Source: Candidatus Latescibacterota bacterium (GTDB lineage: Bacteria; Latescibacterota; UBA2968; UBA8231). Taken from it: a DNA stretch of 64,000 nucleotides. The notes below the pieces were generated by a model. That model saw only the letters and a list, made by a program, of their open reading frames with translations, was not told the origin of the DNA and did no database searches. This document shows positions 27,537 through 36,779 of this stretch, piece by piece (within the stretch, counting starts at the first letter, position 1; every line of letters starts with the position of its first letter). The DNA lies in assembly GCA_965261395.1 (NCBI GenBank), contig OZ253462.1:2336001-2400000 (forward strand), in the 5' to 3' direction. Both the position numbers and the translations under genes were made by a program.

Positions 27537-30137
27537 GTGACCTACTGCAAATACATCGCAATCACAGTGGCCTTGCTCGCGGCCGTGCCGCCACCGAGCC
27601 AGGCGCAGGCCCTGAACCCGACGGGAGCCCAGACCTTTTTTGCGGCCATTGATCCCACCATCCAGAAGTGGTATCGCCCCCAGCAACTCTACGCCGAGTA
27701 CAAGTGGGACTGGTGGCAGTATTCCAATTATGCCAGAGTCCCCTACCAGCGCTACGTGGATACCGAACTGGAGGGCACCCGCTGGTACGATCTCTACGGG
27801 AACTACGTGACCGAGGGGTGGCAGATCTACCGCTGGACCCAGGAGCAGCCCACGACCTTTGGGAGCGACATCCTCAAGAGCCGCCGCTTCAATTCTTGGT
27901 TCAACAGGCTAGTCGTGACCCAGGTCCAAAGGGGCCAGTACTACTTTGCCGTGACGGTCGGCGATGAGATCCGCACGGCCCTGACCCCTTTTACTTTTTC
28001 CAAACCGGCCTTCAATGGGGTCCAGGTCGATCTCCAGTCGGACAAATACGCGGCGACCTTGCTCATGTCCCGGGTCAACCTGCCCATAGCGCTCGAAGGG
28101 GGGGAGGTAAACGAATCGAAGATCACCGACTTCAACAATCTGCTCGGCTTCAGGACGACGGTGCAGATAGGGGATTTCGTCCAAATGGGCGGCACGTATG
28201 TCAATGCCCATCTGGGGCGGACCTCGCCGGATTTGAGTCTGGCCGGGATCCGCGCGGGGAACTTGACGACCGAGCAGAATCGAGATGTCATCCGCCAAGT
28301 GCAAATTCGCATCAGCGACGATTCGCCGGAAGACGGCAAGGGTGGAGCCATCCTCTTTTCCGAGCGCGTTTTTGCCAATGCGGACACCGAACCCCTCGCT
28401 ATTGTCCCCCTAGTCGAAGGCGGTACTCCGCGCCGCGGGGCCTTGGTCGCCGACGGAGCCGAGCAGATCGTCCTGACCTACGCGTTCACCCAGCCCGAAT
28501 TGATCCGCAAGCTAGTCTTTGAACTGGTATTGGCCAATGACTACTTGGTGGAGGTGACTTCCAACCTACAGACCGATTTCTCGGACCAACCCGTGTACCT
28601 GCCCATGGCCAAGTCCGCGCGGAATGTTCAAGACGGCTCCAACCAGCGCCTCGTCCGCTTTGACTACGGCTTGCCGACGGCCAACGAAATCTATGGTATG
28701 ACGCTCGAAGTCCAAGATGTTGCCGGACTCGACATCTTGGCTGAGTGGAATAACAACAATCAGTGGCGCCGCCTGCCCAATGTGAATTTCGAAAGGCATG
28801 TGCGGGCCGCGAACACCGCCCAGGTCGGATACCTGACCGCGCGCACCACGAGTCGGTACTATCCGTGGTTCGCGTACGGCGAAATTTTCAGTGTGGACCA
28901 GGACTACTCCACGTCCATGTACATCCAGGATCAGCAGGGCAAGCTCGACTACACCAACAAACTGCGCGGCGTGTACGAATTTGTCGACGACAACGACGAC
29001 CAAGATCGCTTCCCCGACTGGCGCCGGGCCCAGCAACCCAACGAAAGTCAGCGCCGATCCATCTCCGGCGGACCTAGAGGCGGGATATTCCCCGGCCTGG
29101 ACGAGAACAACGATTTTATCTCGGATTTCAACCAAAACGATAACACCCGGCCCGATTACGACGAACCCTTCCTCCGCTATACCGTGGACCCGCCCGAATT
29201 CCTCTTTGGCATCGATATGGACAACAACACCCTAATCGATCGCTTTGAGGACGATAACGAGGCCGACTACCCGTTTCAACGGGACCACCGCGGGTACAAC
29301 GGATACTTGGGCCTCAATATTTTCCCCGAGGTCCAGCTGCTAGGGGGCTATTCAAACCAGTGGCTGCTGTCGGCCGACCGCCGTAGTCGCTCATCCTATC
29401 TGCTCTTCAAAATGCAGCAGGACCGGGTTGCGTTGGGCAAATTCCGCTTTTTCTACCAGCTCAAGTTCGTCGAGGACAACATCATCGACGACCAGTTGTT
29501 TTGGACGCAGCCGCCGGGTACGTTCGGCGTGAGCGAATTTCCCTTTGAAGATCCCATGCTGGCCCAAGACGCGGTCGTCAACTCGGTTTTTATCGGTTTC
29601 GACCAAGCTTGGGGCCGTTTCAATACGTCGGCCAAGGTCAAATACGAGGGCCTCGTTCAGCGCGGCGACAATGTCGCCCGGCTCACCCGGCCTGGGGAAG
29701 AACCGGAGATCATCGACGACTCTCATTTCCTCGGCCTAATCCACAAACTCGACTACTCTTTTCAGCTCACTGATGCGCTGGTATTCCACCCCAAATTGAA
29801 GAGCATGTACCGGCGCCAGACCGCCTATCTGGAAAGTGCGGGCAAAAAAAACAACCTGTCCGAGATCCTCTTTCTAACGCTGGCGGTGCAGTTGATGCCC
29901 AATCTCGAGCTGGAAGGTGGTACGGAATTGACCAAATTCTGGGATTTGGCCGACCAACCTGGGGCGCGGCTCGATTTTTGGGGTTGGGTCGGCGCGCTGC
30001 AGCTATCCGTCACCCAGGCGTATCTTGGATATCAGGTGACGATAAACCTGGGGACGCAAGTGCAGCAGCAGCGTTTTGAGGACCGGGAACAGAACCGCGT
30101 CGAATCGTTCCTCGTCATATTTGCCGGACTGGATTGA
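27537..30137 (+). CDS. 866-aa secreted, putative outer-membrane protein with acidic Ca-binding-like repeats
   Basis: Signal peptide ending AQA. DDNDDQDRFPD, DENNDFISDFNQNDN, DMDNNTLIDRFEDD. C-terminal third is made of amphipathic beta-strands. Confidence 0.7.
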   Translation: MTYCKYIAITVALLAAVPPPSQAQALNPTGAQTFFAAIDPTIQKWYRPQQLYAEYKWDWWQYSNYARVPYQRYVDTELEGTRWYDLYGNYVTEGWQIYRWTQEQPTTFGSDILKSRRFNSWFNRLVVTQVQRGQYYFAVTVGDEIRTALTPFTFSKPAFNGVQVDLQSDKYAATLLMSRVNLPIALEGGEVNESKITDFNNLLGFRTTVQIGDFVQMGGTYVNAHLGRTSPDLSLAGIRAGNLTTEQNRDVIRQVQIRISDDSPEDGKGGAILFSERVFANADTEPLAIVPLVEGGTPRRGALVADGAEQIVLTYAFTQPELIRKLVFELVLANDYLVEVTSNLQTDFSDQPVYLPMAKSARNVQDGSNQRLVRFDYGLPTANEIYGMTLEVQDVAGLDILAEWNNNNQWRRLPNVNFERHVRAANTAQVGYLTARTTSRYYPWFAYGEIFSVDQDYSTSMYIQDQQGKLDYTNKLRGVYEFVDDNDDQDRFPDWRRAQQPNESQRRSISGGPRGGIFPGLDENNDFISDFNQNDNTRPDYDEPFLRYTVDPPEFLFGIDMDNNTLIDRFEDDNEADYPFQRDHRGYNGYLGLNIFPEVQLLGGYSNQWLLSADRRSRSSYLLFKMQQDRVALGKFRFFYQLKFVEDNIIDDQLFWTQPPGTFGVSEFPFEDPMLAQDAVVNSVFIGFDQAWGRFNTSAKVKYEGLVQRGDNVARLTRPGEEPEIIDDSHFLGLIHKLDYSFQLTDALVFHPKLKSMYRRQTAYLESAGKKNNLSEILFLTLAVQLMPNLELEGGTELTKFWDLADQPGARLDFWGWVGALQLSVTQAYLGYQVTINLGTQVQQQRFEDREQNRVESFLVIFAGLD

Positions 30138-32005
30138 TGGCCAGAAGACGTAATGTTGCCCCGTCCCTTGGCGCTTTGCACGGGACAGTTTTACTCCTCG
30201 TCCTAGTCTGCTGGGCACGGGCCGTAGCCGTGGAGCACTGGACCGTCGGCGGACAGGCACACCCCTGGAATACTGTCGGCACCCTAGCGCTGTTGAGCGA
30301 CGCGCAGAGTTCCGGCTGGCTAGAGCCGCTCGAAGTGTCGGGCGAGAACCTCGCCCTCAACCTGCGACAGTTGGACTCGGCGCGGGTGCTGACCAATTAC
30401 ACTTGGCGAAAATTCGAGAGCCTGAAAAATGTAGTGGACGGGGATCGCTTGAGCGGCTGGCCTCCCATCGAACTCGATATCGTCAATACGCGCGAGAACA
30501 ACCCCTTTTTCGCCGTCGTCCTAGTCGTCGATTTGGGGGCACCCTTCGGTGTGGACCGCATTGGTTTCTCAGCGGTAGAGGGACTTGAGTTCCGCTTTAT
30601 CGAAGGGTTCCAGGTTTTTATCCAAGACGGCAAAGAGCCTGTCGCCTTTCCCCAAAGTCAGAGGAACTGGCACTGGTTTGTGCGCGATTGGGAGCTGGTT
30701 GCTGAGGTGGAGCAGACCGAGGGAAGCACAGCGCATATCGAAATACCGCCGCGCTTGGTGCGCTATGTGGCTCTCTCCGATACGATCAGCTTGCCTAGTG
30801 CCCGTCTCTGGCAACTCGGCGAGGTGGAGGTCTGGGGCAGGGGGTATGCCTCCTCAGCCACCTTTACATCCGACATCATCGACTTTGGCGAGCCGGTCGT
30901 TTTGGGGGCTATGACCTGGGATGCGGTGGACGATCCCGGCAGTACCCTGCAGATTCGCACGCGGAGCGGCTCGACGCCCGATCCGAATGTCTACCTCAGC
31001 TTTACGGGCATAGGACAAAACGGCCAACAGGCCGTATCGCGCAGCGCATACGAGGCTCTGCACCCCAAGGCGAGGGGGCCTATTGTGGCCGATACGAAAA
31101 ATTGGACTCCGTGGTCCGCGCCCTATCCGTCCACCGGGAGGGAATCCTTGGTTGCCCCCAAACCTGCGCGCTATTTCCAGTTTGAGATCGACTTTGCAAG
31201 CGCTCTGCCGCTGTCGCGCTCCCGCATCGATTCTCTCTCGGTCGAGTTTTCTCCGCCCTTGGTCGAGCAGGTCGAAGGCGAGATTTGGCCTGCGCTCGTC
31301 TCCCCGGGCGAACTCGTGCGCTTCACCTATGCGCTGAGGCCGCGCGTGGCTCCCGGAGATCCCGGTTTCGACGGGGTGGAGATTGCCACACCTACCGCTG
31401 CGGTGGTGCAAGAGGTGAGGATCGCTGGCATAGGCTTGGACGATTTTGTGGCCGAGGTGGAGGAAAACCGTCTGCGCGTCTCTTTTTCCGGGCGATTGAT
31501 CGACCGGGATGCTATCCTAGTCGAAGTCGATTTCGACTGCCGCGTCTTTGTTGCGGGCACGCGTTTTGCGGGCCGAGTTTTCAACAGCAAACGCGACGAG
31601 ATGCCCCAGCCAATTGTTCCCGGCGATGTGCACATTGACCTCAATTCAGAGGATCTGCTTGTCGGGTTTGCCCCGGAAGAGCAGGGCAAGTTGCTGGCTG
31701 AGGTGGAGATCCACCCCAGTCCCTTTACGCCCAACGGGGATGGCGTGAATGATTGGGCGGAGTTCACCTATAACCTGTTTCAGGCCACGGTACCCGTTCC
31801 CGTTGAAATCGCCGTCCACGACCTCTCCGGTCGCCTCGTCTGGCACCAGGCAATGTCCCAGTCCAGCGGTTTCGGTCGCGTATTCTGGGATGGTAGGGAT
31901 GGGTCTGGGCAACTAGTAGCGCCGGGGGTGTACATCTACCGGGTTTCAATGGACGCCGCCGTCGGCGCGCAGGTCCGCGTCGGTGCGGTGGCAGTAGCAT
32001 ACTAG
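30137..32005 (+). CDS. Secreted discoidin-like protein with C-terminal FlgD-Ig domain (type A)
   Basis: ATG overlaps the previous TGA. WQLGEVEVWG, SDIIDFG, NWTPWSAPY, PSPFTPNGDGVND, WDGRD; ends VAY. Confidence 0.8.
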   Translation: MARRRNVAPSLGALHGTVLLLVLVCWARAVAVEHWTVGGQAHPWNTVGTLALLSDAQSSGWLEPLEVSGENLALNLRQLDSARVLTNYTWRKFESLKNVVDGDRLSGWPPIELDIVNTRENNPFFAVVLVVDLGAPFGVDRIGFSAVEGLEFRFIEGFQVFIQDGKEPVAFPQSQRNWHWFVRDWELVAEVEQTEGSTAHIEIPPRLVRYVALSDTISLPSARLWQLGEVEVWGRGYASSATFTSDIIDFGEPVVLGAMTWDAVDDPGSTLQIRTRSGSTPDPNVYLSFTGIGQNGQQAVSRSAYEALHPKARGPIVADTKNWTPWSAPYPSTGRESLVAPKPARYFQFEIDFASALPLSRSRIDSLSVEFSPPLVEQVEGEIWPALVSPGELVRFTYALRPRVAPGDPGFDGVEIATPTAAVVQEVRIAGIGLDDFVAEVEENRLRVSFSGRLIDRDAILVEVDFDCRVFVAGTRFAGRVFNSKRDEMPQPIVPGDVHIDLNSEDLLVGFAPEEQGKLLAEVEIHPSPFTPNGDGVNDWAEFTYNLFQATVPVPVEIAVHDLSGRLVWHQAMSQSSGFGRVFWDGRDGSGQLVAPGVYIYRVSMDAAVGAQVRVGAVAVAY

Positions 32006-32014
32006 GAGAAGGTA

Positions 32015-32782
32015 TTGCCGATGTGCGCTTCAGTTCCTTTTGGCTACAGACGGGGAGTGTGTATTCTCGTTCTAACTCTCGGTCTCTCTAGCTGCAAGTA
32101 CGGCTATCAATATTACGCCGATCCACTGCGACCTCTCGATGAAGAGGGCCAAGCTGCCGGTATGATCGTCAGCGACGATGGGACGGTCACCTATGTGGCC
32201 GATCGGCTGGAGATAGCTGTGCGACCGTTTTCCGACCGCGAACTGAACAGGCTGTTTCCGGCTCAATCCCTCCAGGGCACGGAATCGACCAACCCCTATA
32301 CCTTTGGCAATTGGCGCGATCCCTCCACGGGCACGACGCCCCGGCGCTTTACCGTCTTCCAGCTCAAAGTCAAGAACTATCAGTACCCGAAACTCCTGAT
32401 TGATCCGGCAAAGAGTGCCATCATCAGCGATAACGGTCGCCGCTACCCAGCTTTGAGCCAGACCGATATGGAAGAATACTACCGCAAGTACATCACCGGT
32501 TATGTCGGCCAACTCTACACCACTTTCCAGGGCCGGAAGGATCTGCTGAGCAGAACGCTGTACCCCGGCGGTGTGGTCTTCAGCGGGCAGGAGACCGAAG
32601 GCTTCATCACCTTTGCCGACCTCCACCCAGAGGTCCGCAGGGTGCGCCTGCGCCTCGGCGATATCGCCCTGCGTTTTAACTTTCGCGATGAGCCGATCGA
32701 AACGATCGATATTGAGTACTCCTTTGACCGCGAGATTGGCTATTACTACCCCCGCAGAGAGCGGGAGCCCATTAAAAACTGA
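32015..32782 (+). CDS. Lipoprotein of unknown function
   Basis: AGGAG RBS, lipobox LSSC, STNPYTFGNW, FTVFQLKVKNYQYPK. Start may be ATG 32021. Confidence 0.75.
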   Translation: MPMCASVPFGYRRGVCILVLTLGLSSCKYGYQYYADPLRPLDEEGQAAGMIVSDDGTVTYVADRLEIAVRPFSDRELNRLFPAQSLQGTESTNPYTFGNWRDPSTGTTPRRFTVFQLKVKNYQYPKLLIDPAKSAIISDNGRRYPALSQTDMEEYYRKYITGYVGQLYTTFQGRKDLLSRTLYPGGVVFSGQETEGFITFADLHPEVRRVRLRLGDIALRFNFRDEPIETIDIEYSFDREIGYYYPRREREPIKN

Positions 32783-32792
32783 GGTCCATGCG

Positions 32793-34754
32793 ATGAGCCA
32801 GCAGCCGGTGCCTCGGGATTCCGAACCGCCAACTGCATCCTCCGGTCTGAGTTACAAGGCATTTTTTTGGGGCTGCGTCCTCTCCCTATGCGCCGCGATT
32901 GGCGCGCTGCACTCGACCTTTATCAACGCCTCGTGGATGGCCCTCAATATCAGCGTGCCCATCGCCTTCTTCGTCTTTGCGCTCTTCGCGGGGCTGGTCA
33001 ATCCCCTCCTCGGTCTGGTCCACCGACGGCTGATGCTGCGACGTGCCGAGTTGGGAAGCGTCTTCATCATGGCGATGATGGCGGCCACCGTGCCGACGGA
33101 GGGCTATGTTGAGCACATGGTGCCCAAAATCGCCAGTGTGTTCTACTACGCCACGCCCGAGAACGACTGGGTGGACCTGATCCACCCGTATATGAAGGGG
33201 TGGTTCGCGCCGCTGGATGGTGAGGCCGTGCAGCACTTTTTCGAGGGGTCGCCAGCCGGGGTGCCCATTCCGTGGGGGGCGTGGATACAACCGCTGTGCG
33301 GCTGGGCGCTGTTCTTTTTGACCTTGTGCTTCGTGATGGTGTGTACGATGGTCATTCTGCGGCGGCAGTGGATCGACCACGAGCGCTTGGTGTATCCGCT
33401 GGTGAAGCTGCCCCTGGAGATGATTGAGGAGGACGGCTCGCTGATGCGGCCGTTTTTCCGCAATCCCGTCATGTGGCTGGGGTTCTCTATCCCGTTCGCG
33501 TTGCTGAGTCTCGACGCCCTGCACAGCTATTACAATTTCATCCCCGCGATAGTCCTCGACACCAGTATTCCCGTATTCCGCGACCTAGTGAGCCTGCGCC
33601 TCGCCCTCAGCTTTATGACCTTGGGGTTTGCCTATTTCGTCAACCTACAAGTGCTCCTGAGCATCTGGGTTTTTTTTCTGCTGACCACCGCCCAACAGGG
33701 CCTCTTCAGCGTCTTGGGCATCGCCATGAGAGAGCGACTGACCGGGTACGCCACTTCGGAAGCGATTGCAGCCCACGAGGGCATGGGTGCCCTGATTGCC
33801 TTTGTGCTCTTCAGTCTGTGGGTGGGACGGGATCATTTGCGGGCCGTGTGCCGCAAAGCTTTTCTGGGGGACGCAGCAGTGGACGACTCTGGAGAGATGC
33901 TCTCCTATCGCACCGCGGTGTTCGGGACGATTATCGGCTTGGCTATCCTGGGCGCGTGGCTGATCTTGTCGGGGCTGCCGGGTTGGTTGGTGCCCTGGTT
34001 TCTGTTCGTGGTCTTCGTTCTATTCGTGGGGTTGAGCCGCTTTGTGGCCGAGGCGGGCTTGGCGACCATCCGGGCACCGATTTACCCACAGGCCTTTATG
34101 ACCTCCACGGTGGGAACCACGGCCATCGGCGCGGAGGGCTTGGCAGCGCTGGGCATGACGTACGCGTGGATTTTGAAGGTGCGCATCTTCGCCATGGCCG
34201 CGTGCGCCAACGCGCTAAAACTCGACGGGGAACTCCACGCGCGAGGGGGCGGACCGCGGCTGTTCTGGGCGATTGTATGGGCGGTGGTCATCAGTCTGGT
34301 TGGCTCGACCTGGTACCTCCTCCACCAAGCCTATACCTACGGCGGCATCAACCTGAACCAGTACTTTTTCGTGGGGTCGCAAACGCCCTTCGAGGATATA
34401 GCGGGGTGGATCGCCAACCCGATGGCGGTGAACTGGGAGGGATGGTTTTACGTGGCATTGGGCGGTGGGGTCATGGTGTTGCTGATGCTGGCGCGGCACT
34501 ACTTTTTGTGGTGGCCGCTGCATCCGGTCGGCTTGCCCATTGCCACGACTTGGGTTACGAACCAGATCTGGGTGAGCGTCTTCCTGGTGTGGCTCTTCAA
34601 GAGCGTGGTGTTGAAATACGGGGGGCCTAGATTGTACAGGCGGATTCAGCCATTTTTTTTGGGATTGGTTTTGGGTAATGTGGCTGCGGGCGGCGCGTGG
34701 TTTCTAATTGATAGTTCGACGGGCATGCAGGGAAATATCCTGGTCTATTTCTGA
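32793..34754 (+). CDS. Polytopic membrane protein (DUF6785/DUF6784-like putative transporter), paralog 1
   Basis: Likely ATG 32793, 653 aa, many TM segments. RRQWxxHERLVYPL, RFVAEAGL, WWPLHPVG, KYGGxxLY..PFFLGL. Family name is recalled, not searched. Confidence 0.8.
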   Translation: MSQQPVPRDSEPPTASSGLSYKAFFWGCVLSLCAAIGALHSTFINASWMALNISVPIAFFVFALFAGLVNPLLGLVHRRLMLRRAELGSVFIMAMMAATVPTEGYVEHMVPKIASVFYYATPENDWVDLIHPYMKGWFAPLDGEAVQHFFEGSPAGVPIPWGAWIQPLCGWALFFLTLCFVMVCTMVILRRQWIDHERLVYPLVKLPLEMIEEDGSLMRPFFRNPVMWLGFSIPFALLSLDALHSYYNFIPAIVLDTSIPVFRDLVSLRLALSFMTLGFAYFVNLQVLLSIWVFFLLTTAQQGLFSVLGIAMRERLTGYATSEAIAAHEGMGALIAFVLFSLWVGRDHLRAVCRKAFLGDAAVDDSGEMLSYRTAVFGTIIGLAILGAWLILSGLPGWLVPWFLFVVFVLFVGLSRFVAEAGLATIRAPIYPQAFMTSTVGTTAIGAEGLAALGMTYAWILKVRIFAMAACANALKLDGELHARGGGPRLFWAIVWAVVISLVGSTWYLLHQAYTYGGINLNQYFFVGSQTPFEDIAGWIANPMAVNWEGWFYVALGGGVMVLLMLARHYFLWWPLHPVGLPIATTWVTNQIWVSVFLVWLFKSVVLKYGGPRLYRRIQPFFLGLVLGNVAAGGAWFLIDSSTGMQGNILVYF

Positions 34755-34759
34755 GCGAG

Positions 34760-35692
34760 GTGAATATGCACTACCGAAAATTGGGCAGGACTGAACTAAG
34801 GGTCTCCGAAATCGGCTATGGCACCAATATGCTGGGCCGGCGGGAACTGACCGAATCCGAGCACATCGCCATGGTGCATCGGGCCATGGAACTGGGCATC
34901 AATTGCGTCGATACAGCGGACGTGTACCAGGAAGGGAGGAGCGAGATCATGCTGGGGAAAGCGCTGAAGGGACGCCGCGACCAGATGATTCTGGCCACCA
35001 AGGTCGGCAGTGTTATCCCCAGAGAGGGACGGGATATTTCTCCGGGGCATATTGAAAAGGCTGTAGAGGCGAGTTTGCGCCGGTTGCAGACGGATTATAT
35101 CGATGTGTACCAACTGCACAGTCCACAGCTTCATCATCTGCAGGAGAACAATTGGCTGGAGGCCATGCAGAGCCTGAAGGAACAGGGCAAGATTCGCTAC
35201 TGGGGGGCTAGTGTCAACCACATCGACGCTGGTGTCTGGCTGCTGGAACAGGACCTAATCGACTCGCTGCAGCCCACCTTCCACATGCTCTACCACGATA
35301 TGGCGGACGCTATGTTCGGGCTGGCGACCGAGCGGGATGTGGGCGTCGTGGTCAAACAGGGTCTGGCCCGGGGCTTGGTGAGCGGCAAGTATGCGGCCGA
35401 CCACGCCTTCACGGGAAGTGGCTGGCACGAACAAGGGGCGGTGGTGGACGCCCAGGTCATTTTGCGGAAAGTGGAAGAACTCCGGTTTCTCGAGCGGGCG
35501 GGGCGCAGCCAAGCTCAGGCCGCCCTCCAGTACCTCCTGAGTTATCCAGTGGTGTCGACCATCATCGCCGGGGCCAAGCGCGTAGAGCAGTTGGAAATGA
35601 ACGCCGGAGCGTCCAATGGAATGGGACTGGCGGGGGAGGAACTGGAACGGGTGAAGGCCATTTTAGGACGGGACGGCGATCAGACTTGGTGA
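34760..35692 (+). CDS. Aldo/keto reductase
   Basis: YRKLGRTELRVSEIGYG, DTADVY, ATKVG, SLRRLQTDYIDVYQLH. Confidence 0.93.
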   Translation: MNMHYRKLGRTELRVSEIGYGTNMLGRRELTESEHIAMVHRAMELGINCVDTADVYQEGRSEIMLGKALKGRRDQMILATKVGSVIPREGRDISPGHIEKAVEASLRRLQTDYIDVYQLHSPQLHHLQENNWLEAMQSLKEQGKIRYWGASVNHIDAGVWLLEQDLIDSLQPTFHMLYHDMADAMFGLATERDVGVVVKQGLARGLVSGKYAADHAFTGSGWHEQGAVVDAQVILRKVEELRFLERAGRSQAQAALQYLLSYPVVSTIIAGAKRVEQLEMNAGASNGMGLAGEELERVKAILGRDGDQTW

Positions 35693-36759
35693 CGCTCGAC
35701 AAACTCCCAATCTAGTTCCAAGCCCAGGCCGGGCTGTTCGCGCATGGCGATGTGCCCGTTCTCGACTTTGAGAGGGGGATTGTACATACGGGACCAGATC
35801 TGGTAGCTCTCGCTTTCGGGACAGGCGGACATGATCAAACTGTTGGGCACGGCCGCCATCAGGTGGCAGTTGATGTCCGGGTACTGCGCCCCGTGCGGGG
35901 ATATGGGGACATCAAAAGCCTGGGCCAGAGCGGCTATCCGCTTGAGTCCGGTATAGCCGCCGCCGGCCAGGATATCGGTCTGCACCACCTCGAGGGCTTC
36001 TTCTTCGAGCAAGCGCCTGATACCGTGGAGGGTGCCCTCGCCCTCGCCGCCGACCACCAAGGCCGTGGTGACCTCCTGGACTTTGCGCATATAGTACAGC
36101 TCATCGTCTTGGCGCACTGGTTCCTCAATCCAGTAGAGCTGGTAGTCTTCGAGCTGACGGGCGGTCGCCACGGCCTCGTCTCCGTCCCAGGCGTGGTGCA
36201 CGTCGATCATCAGTTTCTTGCGCGGACCAATCAACTCGCGTGAACGCTGCACTCGCTCTACTACTTCCGCGGGATTGGCAGCCTGGTACATGTGGATTTT
36301 GACGGCGTCATAGCCCAGGTCGACGAATTTTTTGACCTGTGTTGCTATGCCCTGTGGGGACTGATCCGGCGCATTTCGATATCCGGCTCCGTCCGCGTAC
36401 ACCGGGATCTTGTCCCGGTAGCCGCCCAAGAGCCGCCACACTGGCTGTCCGCAGATCTTGCCGCACAGATCCCACAAGGCCACGTCTAGGGCCCCAATGG
36501 AGGACATCGCCGACCGGCCCGGTCCACGCCACACGGCTTCGTACATCTGTTCCCAGAGCTGGGCAATACTGAGCGGATCTCGCCCTATGAGCAGGGGCCC
36601 CAGATCGCGGGCGATCACCCGTGGATCGCCGCCACGGCCAAGGCCCTGCAGACCCTGATCGGTGTGGATGAGGACGATGGACCACTCCCCGATTCCTCCT
36701 TTTCCCGTCGGGTCCACGGGTAGCCTTACGACTAGGGTTTCGACACGGGTAATGCGCAT
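35680..36759 (-). CDS. Mandelate racemase/muconate lactonising enzyme family (probable acid-sugar dehydratase)
   Basis: ALDVALWDL.GK..GQPVWRLLGG, KxH (VKIH), LMIDVH, WIEEP, GGE, PGLGLELD. Confidence 0.92.
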   Translation of the reverse strand: MRITRVETLVVRLPVDPTGKGGIGEWSIVLIHTDQGLQGLGRGGDPRVIARDLGPLLIGRDPLSIAQLWEQMYEAVWRGPGRSAMSSIGALDVALWDLCGKICGQPVWRLLGGYRDKIPVYADGAGYRNAPDQSPQGIATQVKKFVDLGYDAVKIHMYQAANPAEVVERVQRSRELIGPRKKLMIDVHHAWDGDEAVATARQLEDYQLYWIEEPVRQDDELYYMRKVQEVTTALVVGGEGEGTLHGIRRLLEEEALEVVQTDILAGGGYTGLKRIAALAQAFDVPISPHGAQYPDINCHLMAAVPNSLIMSACPESESYQIWSRMYNPPLKVENGHIAMREQPGLGLELDWEFVERHQV

Positions 36760-36779
36760 GAGAATATCCGTCCTCCTCT

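Noticed and set aside
23326-32005. Flagellar hook-cap (flgD) genes
   Set aside because: Only the C-terminal Ig-like motif is shared. The proteins have Sec signal peptides and no flagellar genes are nearby.
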